A stretch of 64,000 nucleotides of DNA from an uncultured Chloroflexia bacterium (lineage in GTDB: Bacteria; Chloroflexota; Anaerolineae; CG2-30-64-16), in contig CAVZDU010000002.1 of NCBI GenBank assembly GCA_963774265.1, positions 768,001 to 832,000 on the forward strand. Reading direction: 5' to 3'. The number at the start of each line of letters is the position of its first letter. Positions within the stretch are counted from its first letter, which is position 1. The position numbers and the translations under genes are program-made. Shown in pieces: positions 1 through 9,965 of the stretch. The notes under the pieces are model-generated. The model was not told the DNA's origin, ran no database searches, and saw nothing but the letters and a program-made list of their open reading frames with translations.

Positions 1-2889
1 CAGGCCAATGCCAACCGAGCGCGCACGCTTGAGCAATATGCAAATGAAAAAGCGGATGACTTGCAAGTCGCCCTCGTCGGAGAGCGGGAAGCTCTCATTC
101 GAGAGCAGGATGCTCTCTCCCAGACAGTGAAGACTCTGGACCTCCTCAGCACTCGTGAAGTTGAGGCGCGCGCGGCGCAAGCGACTGCTGAATTCGCGAG
201 AGTTGAGGAGGCTGAGGCCCGTGAGATGGCGGTAGACGAGCGCAACCGCGCCGAAGAACAGGTGCGCGTGGCCCGCAGCCGCCAGTTCGCCACCTATGCT
301 GAAGCGGCATGGCCGGCTCTGCCCCAGCGCAGCCTGCTGCTCGGGGTCGAGGCGCTCCGCCAGACGCTGGATGCGGGGGAGCCGTCCGTCCCCGCGGCCG
401 AAGACGTGGTGCGCCAGGCGCTGGTTAGCTTTAGCGGCCAGACCCTGGGCGGCCACCAGGGCGGCGTTACCGTCGCGGCCATTAGCCCTGACGGCCGCTG
501 GTTGGCGTCCGGCGGCGGCAGCTTGTTCAGTCAAAAGGGTGATACTAACCTTCACTGGTGGGACCTTGAGGCCCCCGATCCGGCAGTCAGCCACCAGGTG
601 ATCCCTTTGGGCGACGGTTTCCTGTATCATGCTCGCTTCAGCCCGGACGCGCATTGGCTGGTGGGCAGCACGTTGGAACGGCAGGAGAATGAGCTGCGTG
701 TGGCATCGCATCTATGGAAAGTCAGCGCCGCCGGCCTGCGGTCCACGTCGTGGCTCTCGTCGACCCTACCGATCGCCTTTAGCGCCGACGGCCGATGGTT
801 GGTCAGCAGCCAGGGCGGGCTGCTGGGCGGAGAATCCTCTGGCCTGCTCCTGTGGGACATGATGGCGGTACCCCCCACCTCCAACACGTTGATGTCAGCT
901 CCCCTGACGGTCTTGTCCGGGTTTGAGACAGACCAGCGTTGGCTTGTGGCCAGCGGCGCGGACGGCCGGCTCTACCTGTGGGACCTCCTCGCGCTGAGCC
1001 CCACGGCTGCTCCGGTCTCGCTGCCGGCTATGGGGGAAGTGAAGCAGGTTGCGGCCAGCCGCGATGGCCGGTGGCTGGCCGCGAGCCGTGCGGCTGGTCC
1101 GGTACACGTCTGGAATCTGGCCCGGCCGGATGCTCCCCCGACTGCCCTGGATGCCGGCATAGAAGTGGATAAGCTCGCGTTCAGCCCGAACGGCCGTTGG
1201 CTGCTCGTCCAGCCGCAGGAAGGCAGCATCTCGCTGTGGCGCCTGGAAGATCCTGGCCCCGTCTCGCCATCGCTGCTGCTATCCGGCCGGTTCTATGGCA
1301 GCCTCCAGATTGCCTTCAGCCCTGATAGCCGCTGGCTGGCGGTAGCCGTCATGGGGGTCGCGCCTCGCGTCTTGGATATGAGAGCCCCGGACCCGCCTGC
1401 CAGCGAGCTCGTGCTGACCGGCCAGTCGTGCGGGGGGCTGCTCGTCATCAGCGCGGACAGCCGTTGGTTGGTGGCTGTCGACGGCGCCCAAACCTGCATC
1501 TGGGACCTTGCCGCGAACCTCTCCGGCCAGGACCCGGTCGTCCTGCGCGGCCGGGAATCCAGCAACATGTCGCCATCGATCAGCCAGGCTGGTCGATGGC
1601 TGGCGGTCGGCGGCAGTGGGATGGTGCAACTGCACGATCTCACGCAGCCTTTGCCTGTGCCGCCGGGCACACTGCGCAGCACCCACCGCTCGGATATCGA
1701 ATGGTTCGGCGTCACCCAGGACGGCCACTGGCTGGTCACGGCCGACGACTATGACACGCGGCTTTGGGATTTGACCGGCCCGGCCATCTCGCGCGTCATC
1801 ACCACCACCACCGGCTACGGCAATAAGTCCCCCACCCTCAGCCCGGATCGCCGCTGGCTGATCTTCGAGGGGGCCGACGGCGCCATCTATCGCACGGACA
1901 TGCAGGCAGCCGATCCGGTTGCCGGCATAGGTAAGCTCTCCGGCCCCGTCAGCAACGTCCAGCGCATCCACGTCGACCGTGATAGCCGGGAGATCGTGGC
2001 TCTGGCGGCCGACGCGAAGCTCTATCGCTGGCGGCTCGCCGAGCCCGACCGTCAGCCCGAGGTCCAGGCCCTGCCCGGCGGTGACAGCAGCATCGGTGAC
2101 TCGCGGATAAGCCCCGACAACCGCTGGGTCGTCATGGGATTCCGCGTGCCCGTGCTCTTCGTCGGCGTCGCCAATCAGACGCTGCTGTGGGATACGGACG
2201 CCGCGGCGGGCGCTGGCCCCTACAATGTCAAGGCGGAGCAATCGGCCACCAGCGCCGTGGCCTTCAGCGCCGACAGCCGCACCCTGTTCACCGCCAGCAC
2301 CGACGGCGCCGTGCGTGCCTGGGACTTGGCTGCGCCTGATCCAACGGTCGATCCGCGGCTGCTCCGGGGCAATCCCTACCTGGTGACCGCCCTGGCCGCC
2401 AGTCCCGACGGGCGCTGGCTGGTAGCCGGCACGGGCTGCCCGCTCATCATCGGGGAGTGCGATCACTCGGTTCGCCTCTGGGACCTGGCACTGGCTGATC
2501 CAGGCGCGCCGCCGCTGATCCTGCGGGGGCACGCGGCCGATATCCGGGGTCTGGCGTTCAGCAGCGACGGTCGCTGGCTGGTCACGGGAGATAGTAGCAG
2601 TGTTCTGCGCTTGTGGGACCTGGCCGCTGCGCAGCCCAGCGCCACCGTGCGCCAACTGCCGGGTGACGCGGGCGACGTGTCCTATTTTGCCTTCAGCGCG
2701 GACGATCTGACACTGATCAGCGCGAGCCAGGATGGCATCATCCGTTTTGCGCCCCTGCGCGCCGAATCTCTCCTCGCCGCGGCCTGCCGCGCTGTGGGCC
2801 GCAACCTGTCGGTCGAGGAGTGGCAGCGCTATTTCCCTAGCGAGGACTATCGTCCCACCTGCAGCCAATGGCCTGACGCGTTGTGGTGA
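1..2889 (+). CDS. WD40-repeat beta-propeller protein, 5'-truncated by the window edge (probably the C-terminal part of a STAND-type NTPase/WD40 protein)
   Basis: Frame is open from base 1. Coiled coil followed by about 14 repeats of the FSPDGRWL...LWDL type. C-terminal ACRAVGRNLSVEEWQRYF..YRPTC tail is typical of nSTAND-WD40 proteins. Confidence 0.85.
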   Translation, partial: QANANRARTLEQYANEKADDLQVALVGEREALIREQDALSQTVKTLDLLSTREVEARAAQATAEFARVEEAEAREMAVDERNRAEEQVRVARSRQFATYAEAAWPALPQRSLLLGVEALRQTLDAGEPSVPAAEDVVRQALVSFSGQTLGGHQGGVTVAAISPDGRWLASGGGSLFSQKGDTNLHWWDLEAPDPAVSHQVIPLGDGFLYHARFSPDAHWLVGSTLERQENELRVASHLWKVSAAGLRSTSWLSSTLPIAFSADGRWLVSSQGGLLGGESSGLLLWDMMAVPPTSNTLMSAPLTVLSGFETDQRWLVASGADGRLYLWDLLALSPTAAPVSLPAMGEVKQVAASRDGRWLAASRAAGPVHVWNLARPDAPPTALDAGIEVDKLAFSPNGRWLLVQPQEGSISLWRLEDPGPVSPSLLLSGRFYGSLQIAFSPDSRWLAVAVMGVAPRVLDMRAPDPPASELVLTGQSCGGLLVISADSRWLVAVDGAQTCIWDLAANLSGQDPVVLRGRESSNMSPSISQAGRWLAVGGSGMVQLHDLTQPLPVPPGTLRSTHRSDIEWFGVTQDGHWLVTADDYDTRLWDLTGPAISRVITTTTGYGNKSPTLSPDRRWLIFEGADGAIYRTDMQAADPVAGIGKLSGPVSNVQRIHVDRDSREIVALAADAKLYRWRLAEPDRQPEVQALPGGDSSIGDSRISPDNRWVVMGFRVPVLFVGVANQTLLWDTDAAAGAGPYNVKAEQSATSAVAFSADSRTLFTASTDGAVRAWDLAAPDPTVDPRLLRGNPYLVTALAASPDGRWLVAGTGCPLIIGECDHSVRLWDLALADPGAPPLILRGHAADIRGLAFSSDGRWLVTGDSSSVLRLWDLAAAQPSATVRQLPGDAGDVSYFAFSADDLTLISASQDGIIRFAPLRAESLLAAACRAVGRNLSVEEWQRYFPSEDYRPTCSQWPDALW

Positions 2890-2952
2890 TCTACCGCGGT
2901 GACGGTGGCGGAGAGGATCAGGCTACGAACCATCAACTGAGAGGGTCCGAAT

Positions 2953-3523
2953 ATGCCTATCGACCAGGGGTCAGCCGAGGATATGCACCTGAGGACGCAA
3001 CTGGACGAGCTGCAGCGGCGCTATGATGTCCTGACAAGACGCATCGCGGCTCTTGACATCGACATAGGTCGCGAATTGGACTCCGAGCGCAAGCTTATCC
3101 TTCAAGAGCGTCGAGCGGATCTGGAGGCTGAACGGGATCAAATCCTAAACGACCTGGTAGAATTGGATTCCGCCGTCCGCGATTCGCGACGGAGTGACAC
3201 GGTCGCGCCGCCGCGTCCTCACCCAACCTCTGCGCCAACAACTCGTGGACGCGGTTCTGCGGATTCCGGCATCCGATTCCTTTGAGGGAAGAACAGCGTT
3301 CGTGCTGGGCCTACCTGCATCACTGAGTCGCAGTCCCACCAACGCACGCGCGGACCTCGATGCGATCTTCGGGCAACTCGATGGACTGGGCCGGTTGGAT
3401 TCGGGTCAGTGGCCGCTGCTTGTGGTGATCGACAACATTCTGACCTATGCCCGTGGTTTCGAAGTTCACGGGATCATCAGCCAGGTCAGGCAGGGCCTGG
3501 AAGACGCCTACCGCGGCCATTGA
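2953..3523 (+). CDS. Effector-associated-domain protein (EAD9-like coiled hairpin + EAD8-like domain), split into two frames near 3200-3215
   Basis: ORF 2953 (LQRRYDVLTRRIAALDIDIGRELDSERKLILQERRADLEAERDQI) and overlapping ORF 3194 (LRQQLVDAVLRIPASDSFEGRTAFVLGLP...GRLDSGQWPL) resemble EADs from memory. The second ORF has no clear RBS. Confidence 0.5.
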
Positions 3524-3560
3524 TGTACGGTCAGCGGCGCGTACGCCTCCCGCCCGCGGT

Positions 3561-3624
3561 TGTATCGCACGATACGACTTCACGGTCATCCCACCTGGGC
3601 TATCATGGCGACACTAATGTCGCC
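3561..3624 (+). repeat. Dispersed promoter/palindrome element, copy 1
   Basis: tgtatcgcacgatac, then TTCACG-16-TATCAT, then GGCGACA-ctaa-TGTCGCC. Homologous to 3939-3980 and 63931-63985. Confidence 0.7.
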
Positions 3625-3763
3625 GCAGTCGGACGCCATCACACCCTGCACCTAACGTTGAGCCCAGGGCCACGTCCGCAAGGGCGGCGCCGCAGGCTCC
3701 CTGCGCATCGCCTGCCCAGATGCCTTTGTCAGCACCGCGACCCGCCCCCTGTGTATTCCCGTC

Positions 3764-3967
3764 TTAGTCGATGCCGTATCGGCGCAGGGTGCGGCGGACG
3801 GTGTTCGTGTGGACGCGTTCGGAGAGCGCGATTTGGCTGAGGGTGCGGCCGGCGGCGAAGGCGGCGAGGATCTGGCTCGGCTGCAGGAGGCCGGCGCGGG
3901 TGGCGAATGAGGGGGTGAGGGTGTAGGTGAACGAGAATTGTATCGTACGATACGCCTTTACGGTCAT
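3764..3967 (-). CDS. Small helix-turn-helix protein
   Basis: ILAAFAAGRTLSQIALSERVHTNTVRRTLRRYGI is a textbook HTH pattern. Start codon uncertain. Confidence 0.55.
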   Translation of the reverse strand: MTVKAYRTIQFSFTYTLTPSFATRAGLLQPSQILAAFAAGRTLSQIALSERVHTNTVRRTLRRYGID

Positions 3968-3980
3968 AACGAGCTGTGAT
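3939..3980 (+). repeat. Dispersed promoter/palindrome element, copy 2, interrupted by IS66
   Basis: Perfect palindrome GTATCGTACGATAC (3940-3953) and TTTACG (3957-3962). Removing the IS gives a 17-bp spacer to TAGCAT (5437-5442). Confidence 0.65.
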
Positions 3981-5429
3981 GTAACTGTTCAGCGTTGGGG
4001 TAAGGGAGTTTAGATGGGTGCGGGTGCGCAGGCGGTCTGGGGTAGTTGGAGGGCGCGCAGACACTCGGTCAGCGGATTCAGGCGGCGGGCCTGCCAGGTA
4101 CCGAACACACTGGCCAAGGTGAAGCGGGTATCGGTGCCGGCGGCGGAGCGCGAGCCGCCGCTGATTTTGCGCAGCACGACCAAGGGCCGAATGCTGCGCT
4201 CAGCCAGATTATTATCGGCTGGCACCTCCGGCAGGAGTACAAACTGAAATAACTCGTCTTGGTGGCGCAGCAGGCGTTTCGCCAGGACCGCACAGGGCTG
4301 GGCGGGCTCCAGCGCATACTGCTGACCCAGGACACAGGCGCGGGTGTGCAGGCGCAGATACTGCTGGGTCCGGGCCGCGGCGCTGGGCGTCGGGTGCTCG
4401 TGGAGCCAGGTCTGGGCGTCCTCGTAGAGTTGGCGGACGGCCGCGGCCCACGCCAGCACCTCCGCCGTCGCCCCGTGGGCCTCTTTGAGGGCATGCAGGT
4501 CGCGCAACAGATGCACCCAGCAGCGCTGATGGTGGCCGGGGATCGGGTTGTAGGCCGCATAGAAATCCGTGACCAGACAACCCCGCCAGTCGGGACCCAA
4601 GACCCGCTGCGGCACGAAGTGGCTGCGGCCGGGATCGTACGCGTAGTAGCGCACGGCCGCCGGACCTGCGGTCACAAAAGCCCAGGCCCAACCGTTCTGA
4701 CCGCACTCGCGCCAGCTCGTTTCGTCGCCATGCACTACCGGGCTGGCCTGTACGGCCCGTTTGAGTTGCTCCGCGAGCGGCTGCAAGTGCTGCTGGACAT
4801 CGTGCGCCAATTCGGCGATCTCCCCAATGCTGAGGTGCAGGCCATGCAGCGTCTGCAAGTAACTCTGCACCAGCCGCACCGGCAGTCGCAACGTCGTGCG
4901 CAAGTACGCCACCACGCTGGCGATGCGCACCCCAATCCGCCCCTGCCCAAATACCTGACCGCTCAGATCCAGTTGGGGGCTGCGCCAGCGCACACAGTGC
5001 GGACACCAGCGCTTCACCACCTGATGCTCGATCACTTCCACCGGCTGCGGCGGCGGCAACTCCACCACTTCACGGCTATAGTCGAGGCTCTCGCCGTGCA
5101 AAGGATACTGGCAGTCCGGACAGCGCGCCAACGCATGCCGCTCGACACGCGTCGCAACCATCCGCTTGCGCGACGTGTTGTGCTCGGCCGCGCGCTTCTT
5201 ACGCGGCGCGGGCGGGGTCTGAGCCTTCTGGCGATTCGGCTTTACGAACGCCGGCGGATCACCCCGCTGCTGCAGCTGCGCTTCCAGCTCATTGATCCGC
5301 GCTAGGGCGAGCGCTAACTGCTCCCGCAACTCGGCATTCGCCGCTCTCAGGCGCTCGAATGCCTGCTCTTCATCAAGGGTCATGCCCTAATCATGCCATA
5401 GCCTGTCAAGGGTAACGCTGAACAGTTAC
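3981..5429 (-). mobile_element. IS66-family element (single-ORF type), 1449 bp
   Basis: Terminal inverted repeats GTAACTGTTCAGCGTT / AACGCTGAACAGTTAC. 8-bp target duplication GCTGTGAT at 3973-3980 and 5430-5437. Confidence 0.95.
4010..5383 (-). CDS. IS66-family DDE transposase
   Basis: Leucine zipper, CPDC/CPHC zinc finger, HGDET, TDFY, QRCWVHLLR and DNNLAERSIR motifs. Confidence 0.93.
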   Translation of the reverse strand: MTLDEEQAFERLRAANAELREQLALALARINELEAQLQQRGDPPAFVKPNRQKAQTPPAPRKKRAAEHNTSRKRMVATRVERHALARCPDCQYPLHGESLDYSREVVELPPPQPVEVIEHQVVKRWCPHCVRWRSPQLDLSGQVFGQGRIGVRIASVVAYLRTTLRLPVRLVQSYLQTLHGLHLSIGEIAELAHDVQQHLQPLAEQLKRAVQASPVVHGDETSWRECGQNGWAWAFVTAGPAAVRYYAYDPGRSHFVPQRVLGPDWRGCLVTDFYAAYNPIPGHHQRCWVHLLRDLHALKEAHGATAEVLAWAAAVRQLYEDAQTWLHEHPTPSAAARTQQYLRLHTRACVLGQQYALEPAQPCAVLAKRLLRHQDELFQFVLLPEVPADNNLAERSIRPLVVLRKISGGSRSAAGTDTRFTLASVFGTWQARRLNPLTECLRALQLPQTACAPAPI

Positions 5430-5799
5430 GCTGTGATAGCATGCCTAAGGTCGGACGATGTCATGTCTTGCACACAACCTCGATGCCCGGGGCAAGATCC
5501 TTGCGTGTGTGCCGCGCAACGTGCAGATTGAGGTTGACGAGCAGCTCATCACGGCCGTCAATTTCGTGATCGAAGCGAGAGAGTGGACACCGGCCGAGGA
5601 TGGAGGGCGAGCCGGCGCCGGACACAGCGAGACTGGGGACTAGTCAGGGAAACACCCTGCAAAATCCTGCGCTATGGTGGAGCGGAGAATCGCTCGCACG
5701 CAGATCGCTATGCCATAGCTCCTGCAAAAAGCGCCGGCCGACCTACGCGCCCGGCTGGAAGCCGTCACTACCAAGATGCCGCCAGACAGGACCGTAGTC

Positions 5800-6102
5800 A
5801 AGGGGATCCATGATGGCTACGACTTGATGCTGAATTGTTGCGGCAGGGCTGCACGCTTTCCACGACCGAACGCATCACATATCCGGGAACGGTATTCATG
5901 CCGAGGATTGATTGCTAAATCCGCGCTGGGTTTGTATCGGGAATCCAGCACTTCCCGGCCTGCATCAGGGGTGAGCGCGGACCACAGATTACCCCTGAGG
6001 ACGCGGTTGTCGCGGTGCAGAAAGCAGAAGCGGTTTCCGAATCGGCGCGAACGTGTCAGCCCATTGAACTCGGCAGGGCTTGACCCGCTGCTGGGGGCTG
6101 CT
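5800..6102 (+). pseudogene. Gfo/Idh/MocA oxidoreductase remnant
   Basis: Frame from 5880 reads YPGTVFMPRIDC*IRAGFVSGIQHF...AEAVSESARTCQPIEL. It aligns with the C-terminus of 16345-17358 (FPDTTFMPRAYGELRSSFVYEIEHF...AEAVMESARTHQPVVL). Internal TAA at 5916. Confidence 0.75.
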
Positions 6103-6128
6103 TCCATCAGCCCCCAGCAGCTAAACAC

Positions 6129-6672
6129 GTGATCATTGACATAGACACAGTATTTGGCTTCTGGCCATCTCGGAACGTAGATATATCCCTGGTTCGTTTG
6201 ATCCAGGTGATGGAACAGCATGCCATCGGCTCTGCCTGCACTTGCTCAGCGCGTGGCGTGTGCTACCTCTACCTGGCTGGCAATGAAGAGACCATCGCCC
6301 AAACCCATGATAGGCCAGGACTGCTTCCAGTCCTGACTGTCGACCCTCGGCGTTACCTGGGCGTCCGTGATGAGATCCGGCGTCGCAAAGCAGAGGGTTA
6401 CCGGCTTTTTCGGCTCTTTCCGCAGTATCGCGGAGCACATTTATATCTCGACGCGTTTTATGATCGGCCCGGGATCGTTGGAGATCGCGGCTTCCGCACT
6501 CGGCTGGGAGCGACTGGTTTTTGGGTCGCATGCACCACTCGAGTATGTCGGTGCGGCATTGGACCTTGTCACCCATTCCGATCTGCCGGACATGCAAAAG
6601 CGAGCGATCTTGGGCGACAATGTGGCCAGGCTCCTGAATTCGGAAGGAGGAACCGCCAGTGAAGATCATTGA
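6129..6672 (+). pseudogene. Amidohydrolase_2 (degenerate-type subunit) with internal deletion and frameshift near 6430
   Basis: Paralog of 30377-31105. About 60 codons are missing between FRLFPQY and HIYISTRF. Confidence 0.8.
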
Positions 6673-7254
6673 TACTCACGGGCACCTTGGCCTGTGGCCA
6701 TTTCCTCAGGTCGATGTCTCGCCCGAACAAATGGTAGCAGGTCTAAAGAGGTCGGAAATCGCTCAGATCATTATCTCCTCCGGCTTGGCTATCGTCTATG
6801 ATTTTCGCGAAGGGAACCGTCGCTTAGCCGATGAAATAGAGCCACATCCTGAGCTCTTTGGGTACGTCACGCTCAATATGAACTACCCGAAGGAGGGTGA
6901 AGGTGAGCTAGACTTGTACCTTGAGCGATCCAAGTTCGTGGGGGCCGAGATCCATCCTATGTGCGCGCAATGGCGCACATGGGCGGAGATGTCTGGGCCG
7001 AGGGGATAGCAGTAGCGAGCGAAGCGCCCAACATCTATCTGGATCCTTGCGCGTCCTGGGCCGATGCCGACAAGATCAGTTTGGCTGTCAAATCGCTTGG
7101 CGCTGACCGCATGCTCTTCGGGTCGGATTATACCCTTTTCGATCCTAACCAAACCCTTGGTATGCTGCGAGATGCTGATCTGACACCACAGCAGCGAGAT
7201 GCGATTGCGCATGGTAATGCCGAGCGTCTTTTCACGCTGCCTGATGTAGGTTGA
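6659..7254 (+). pseudogene. Amidohydrolase_2 (HxH-type subunit) with internal deletion and frameshift near 6968
   Basis: Paralog of 29653-30390. About 50 codons are missing between IHPM and MAHMGG. Confidence 0.8.
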
Positions 7255-7273
7255 GGGAGAGTCCTGAGAATCC

Positions 7274-8558
7274 ATGACAAGCATCGATCTGCCGTATACC
7301 CCTGATCGTCACATCAACTTCACTCTGCCAAGCGGAATTCATGCCACAATCTGCGCACCCCATGTGCCATCGGTGCCTACAAATCCGAGGGCGCTTGTGG
7401 AACACGCGCTGGATAACCCGCTGCAAAGCAGTCGACTTGAGGCGCTGGTTTCGGCGCATGACCGGGTGCTGATTATCTGCGATGACAACACACGTCCCCT
7501 GCCAGCGCGTCTTGTACTGCTTCCCGTGTTGGCTCGCCTGAATAAGGCGGGGGTGCCTGATCGGCAGATAGAAGTTCTTTTTGCAGCCGGAACCCACCGG
7601 CCAATGTCGCCTCTTGAGATGCAGGACAAAGTGGGTGCCGAGGTCTTCGGGCGGACAGCGTGTCACAACCATGACGCGTTTGACCGTTCGCAGTTGCGAC
7701 ACTACGGCAGATTCTCTGGAAGGAGTGGATGTTTGGCTCAACAGCCGTGTGAGTGAGGCGTCGTTTGTGATGGCTGTTGGCAACATTGCCCCCCATGCGA
7801 TTGTCGGTTATGGGGGTGGAGCAAAAATCCTCTACCCGGGCGTGGCTGGCAGTGATACGATTGCAGGGTTCCACGTTACCTTCAGCCTAGATCCAATCAA
7901 CTATTATGGTTTTTTCCCGACACCGGCCCGAACCAGTATCCGTCATCTAGCCGACGTGGCTGGGCTTGAGTTTACTGTCAATACAGTGTTGACGGATAAC
8001 CGCGAGGTCGTAGATGTCTTTGCGGGCCAACATGAAGCTGTGCTCACGGCAGGTGTGGGGGTTGCGCGACATATCTACGGCATTCCTTCTTCCCGCCTGC
8101 ATGATGTGGTCGTAGTCAGCTCCTATCCCGGCTGGATCGATTTCTGGCAAGGCTGCCGCGGTGCCTTTGCCGGCGCCACCCTGGCGAAACCCGGGGGAGA
8201 CATTATAGTCGTCACAGCATGTCCTGAGGGTTCCTCCCATACTTATCCCAATCATCCAGACTATGTCGGAATGCCCACAGCCTTACTTGCAGACCATCTC
8301 CGATCTGGCGACTTGCCAGATCCAGTCTGCGCAGCTGGAGCGATCAAGGTTGGATACCTCCGCGAGCAGTACCGGGTATCGATTGTATCTGAGGGCTTGA
8401 AATCGGATGAGGTACGGCGCATGGGCTTTGATCGGTACCCCACCGTTGAAGCGGCGCTAGAGGTCGTTCTCTCCCGCCGAACCGACTTGAAGGAGATTGG
8501 AGTGATGCCTTATGGCGGCGCGTTCTGCTATCGCAATGCCTCGAACCCAAATCAGTAA
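7274..8558 (+). pseudogene. LarA-family (nickel-pincer) racemase/epimerase, frameshifted near 7708
   Basis: DDNTRP, AGTHRP and PHAIVGYGGGAK motifs. Removing one base at tacggcAgattct joins the two ORFs. Confidence 0.8.
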
Positions 8559-8765
8559 AAGAGGAGTGTGTGATGGCAGCTGTCACGGCTTTGCTCCCTC
8601 TGAATGCATGGAAGATTGACCGCTCCAAGCCAGGCAGCGCCAGGACGCGAAGGTCGAGCTCTTGTGTGGTGAGATACTTGCACATCGCTGGCCCATGATG
8701 CGCCGGACCGTTGTTCCAGGACAGAGCGCCGTTTCAGCGCTTCAAAGTTCCGAAACAACCGTCTA

Positions 8766-9885
8766 AGTAGGTAACAGAAAATTCGGGGCACTTCTTCGTT
8801 GCCTGATATACTGGGGTTACGGAGGGTGCCATGATCTATGTACGAACACCAACGGATGCTGAACTGCAAGAGCTCAAGCGAATGACCCGCCATGAGATCG
8901 GGCGGGTTAGCCAACGAGCGCAGATGGTTCTGCTCTCAGCGCAGCAGCGCACGGTGCCTGAGATCGCCGTCATCTTTGGCGTCAAGTACAAGACCGTGCG
9001 CAAATGGCTCCGCCGCTTCAATGCGGCCGGGCCGGCCGGACTGTATGATGAGCCGCGCAGTGGGCGGCCGCGGACGCTGACCGACCGTGTCCGTGACACT
9101 TTGGTCGACATGAGCGAGCAGGATCCCGAGCAGTCGGACTATCCCGCGACCTTGTGGACGGTTGCGATGCTGGCCTTAGCCTTGGCCGAGAAGATCGGCG
9201 TGTATCTGAGCCATAGCACCCTGCGTCAGACGCTGCATGCGGCCGGCCTGGCCTGGAGCCGCCCACGACTCGCCATGCCCCGCAAGACTGATCCGCAGAA
9301 GGCGGCCAAGCAGTGGGCAATAGTGCAGGCCGTGATTGGGGCTGGCCCAGCTGCAGTCGTGCTGTACGCCGACGAATCGCGCATCCAGATGCTACCGTTG
9401 ATTCGAGCAATGTGGCATCGGCTGGGCCAGCAGATCCGTGTCCCGACGCCCGGCAGCAATCAGACGCGCAGCCTATTTGGAGCGCTCAACATTCGCACGG
9501 GCCAGTGGACGTGGTTGATCCGCGAGCATATGCACAAAGAAGACTTCATCACTTTCCTGGAACACCTGTTGACGGTGTATGCCAGCGGTCCGATCATTCT
9601 GATCGTCGATAACTACTCCAGCCATACGGCTAAGGCCATCGATGCCTGGCTGACTGAGCACCCGCGACTCCAGTTGCACTACCTGCCGAAGTACTGCTCG
9701 CATCTGAATCCGGTTGAGAACATCTGGCTGCGTCTCAAAGGCCAGACCGCCGCTGACCGCTTGTACGGTTCGCTGCATGGTCTGCTGGACGCCGTCACAC
9801 GCTTCTTCGACCATATGACGCCAGCGATGGCGTTGACCTGGGCCAGTCTCGACTGAAAAGTGACCCGTACTTTTTGTGACATACT
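8766..9885 (+). mobile_element. IS630-family element
   Basis: About 30-bp imperfect IRs (agtaggtaacagaaaattcggggcactt / aagtgacccgtactttttgtgacatact) flanked by duplicated TA at 8764-8765 and 9886-9887. Confidence 0.92.
8831..9856 (+). CDS. IS630-family transposase
   Basis: N-terminal HTH, RSGRP, YADES, IVDNYSSH and LPKYCSHLNPVENIW motifs. Confidence 0.93.
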   Translation: MIYVRTPTDAELQELKRMTRHEIGRVSQRAQMVLLSAQQRTVPEIAVIFGVKYKTVRKWLRRFNAAGPAGLYDEPRSGRPRTLTDRVRDTLVDMSEQDPEQSDYPATLWTVAMLALALAEKIGVYLSHSTLRQTLHAAGLAWSRPRLAMPRKTDPQKAAKQWAIVQAVIGAGPAAVVLYADESRIQMLPLIRAMWHRLGQQIRVPTPGSNQTRSLFGALNIRTGQWTWLIREHMHKEDFITFLEHLLTVYASGPIILIVDNYSSHTAKAIDAWLTEHPRLQLHYLPKYCSHLNPVENIWLRLKGQTAADRLYGSLHGLLDAVTRFFDHMTPAMALTWASLD

Positions 9886-9965
9886 TAGAGCCGACTGAAG
9901 GCAGATTACCACCTGTCCAGTCAGCCATCCAACGCTCTCAACTTGCGGTATCGGACCGCTTTCAA

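Noticed and set aside
1279-2868. Long antisense ORFs (also 4259-5305, 53453-54496, 56817-58367, 61736-62707)
   Set aside because: Shadow frames of well-supported high-GC genes, with no recognisable motifs.
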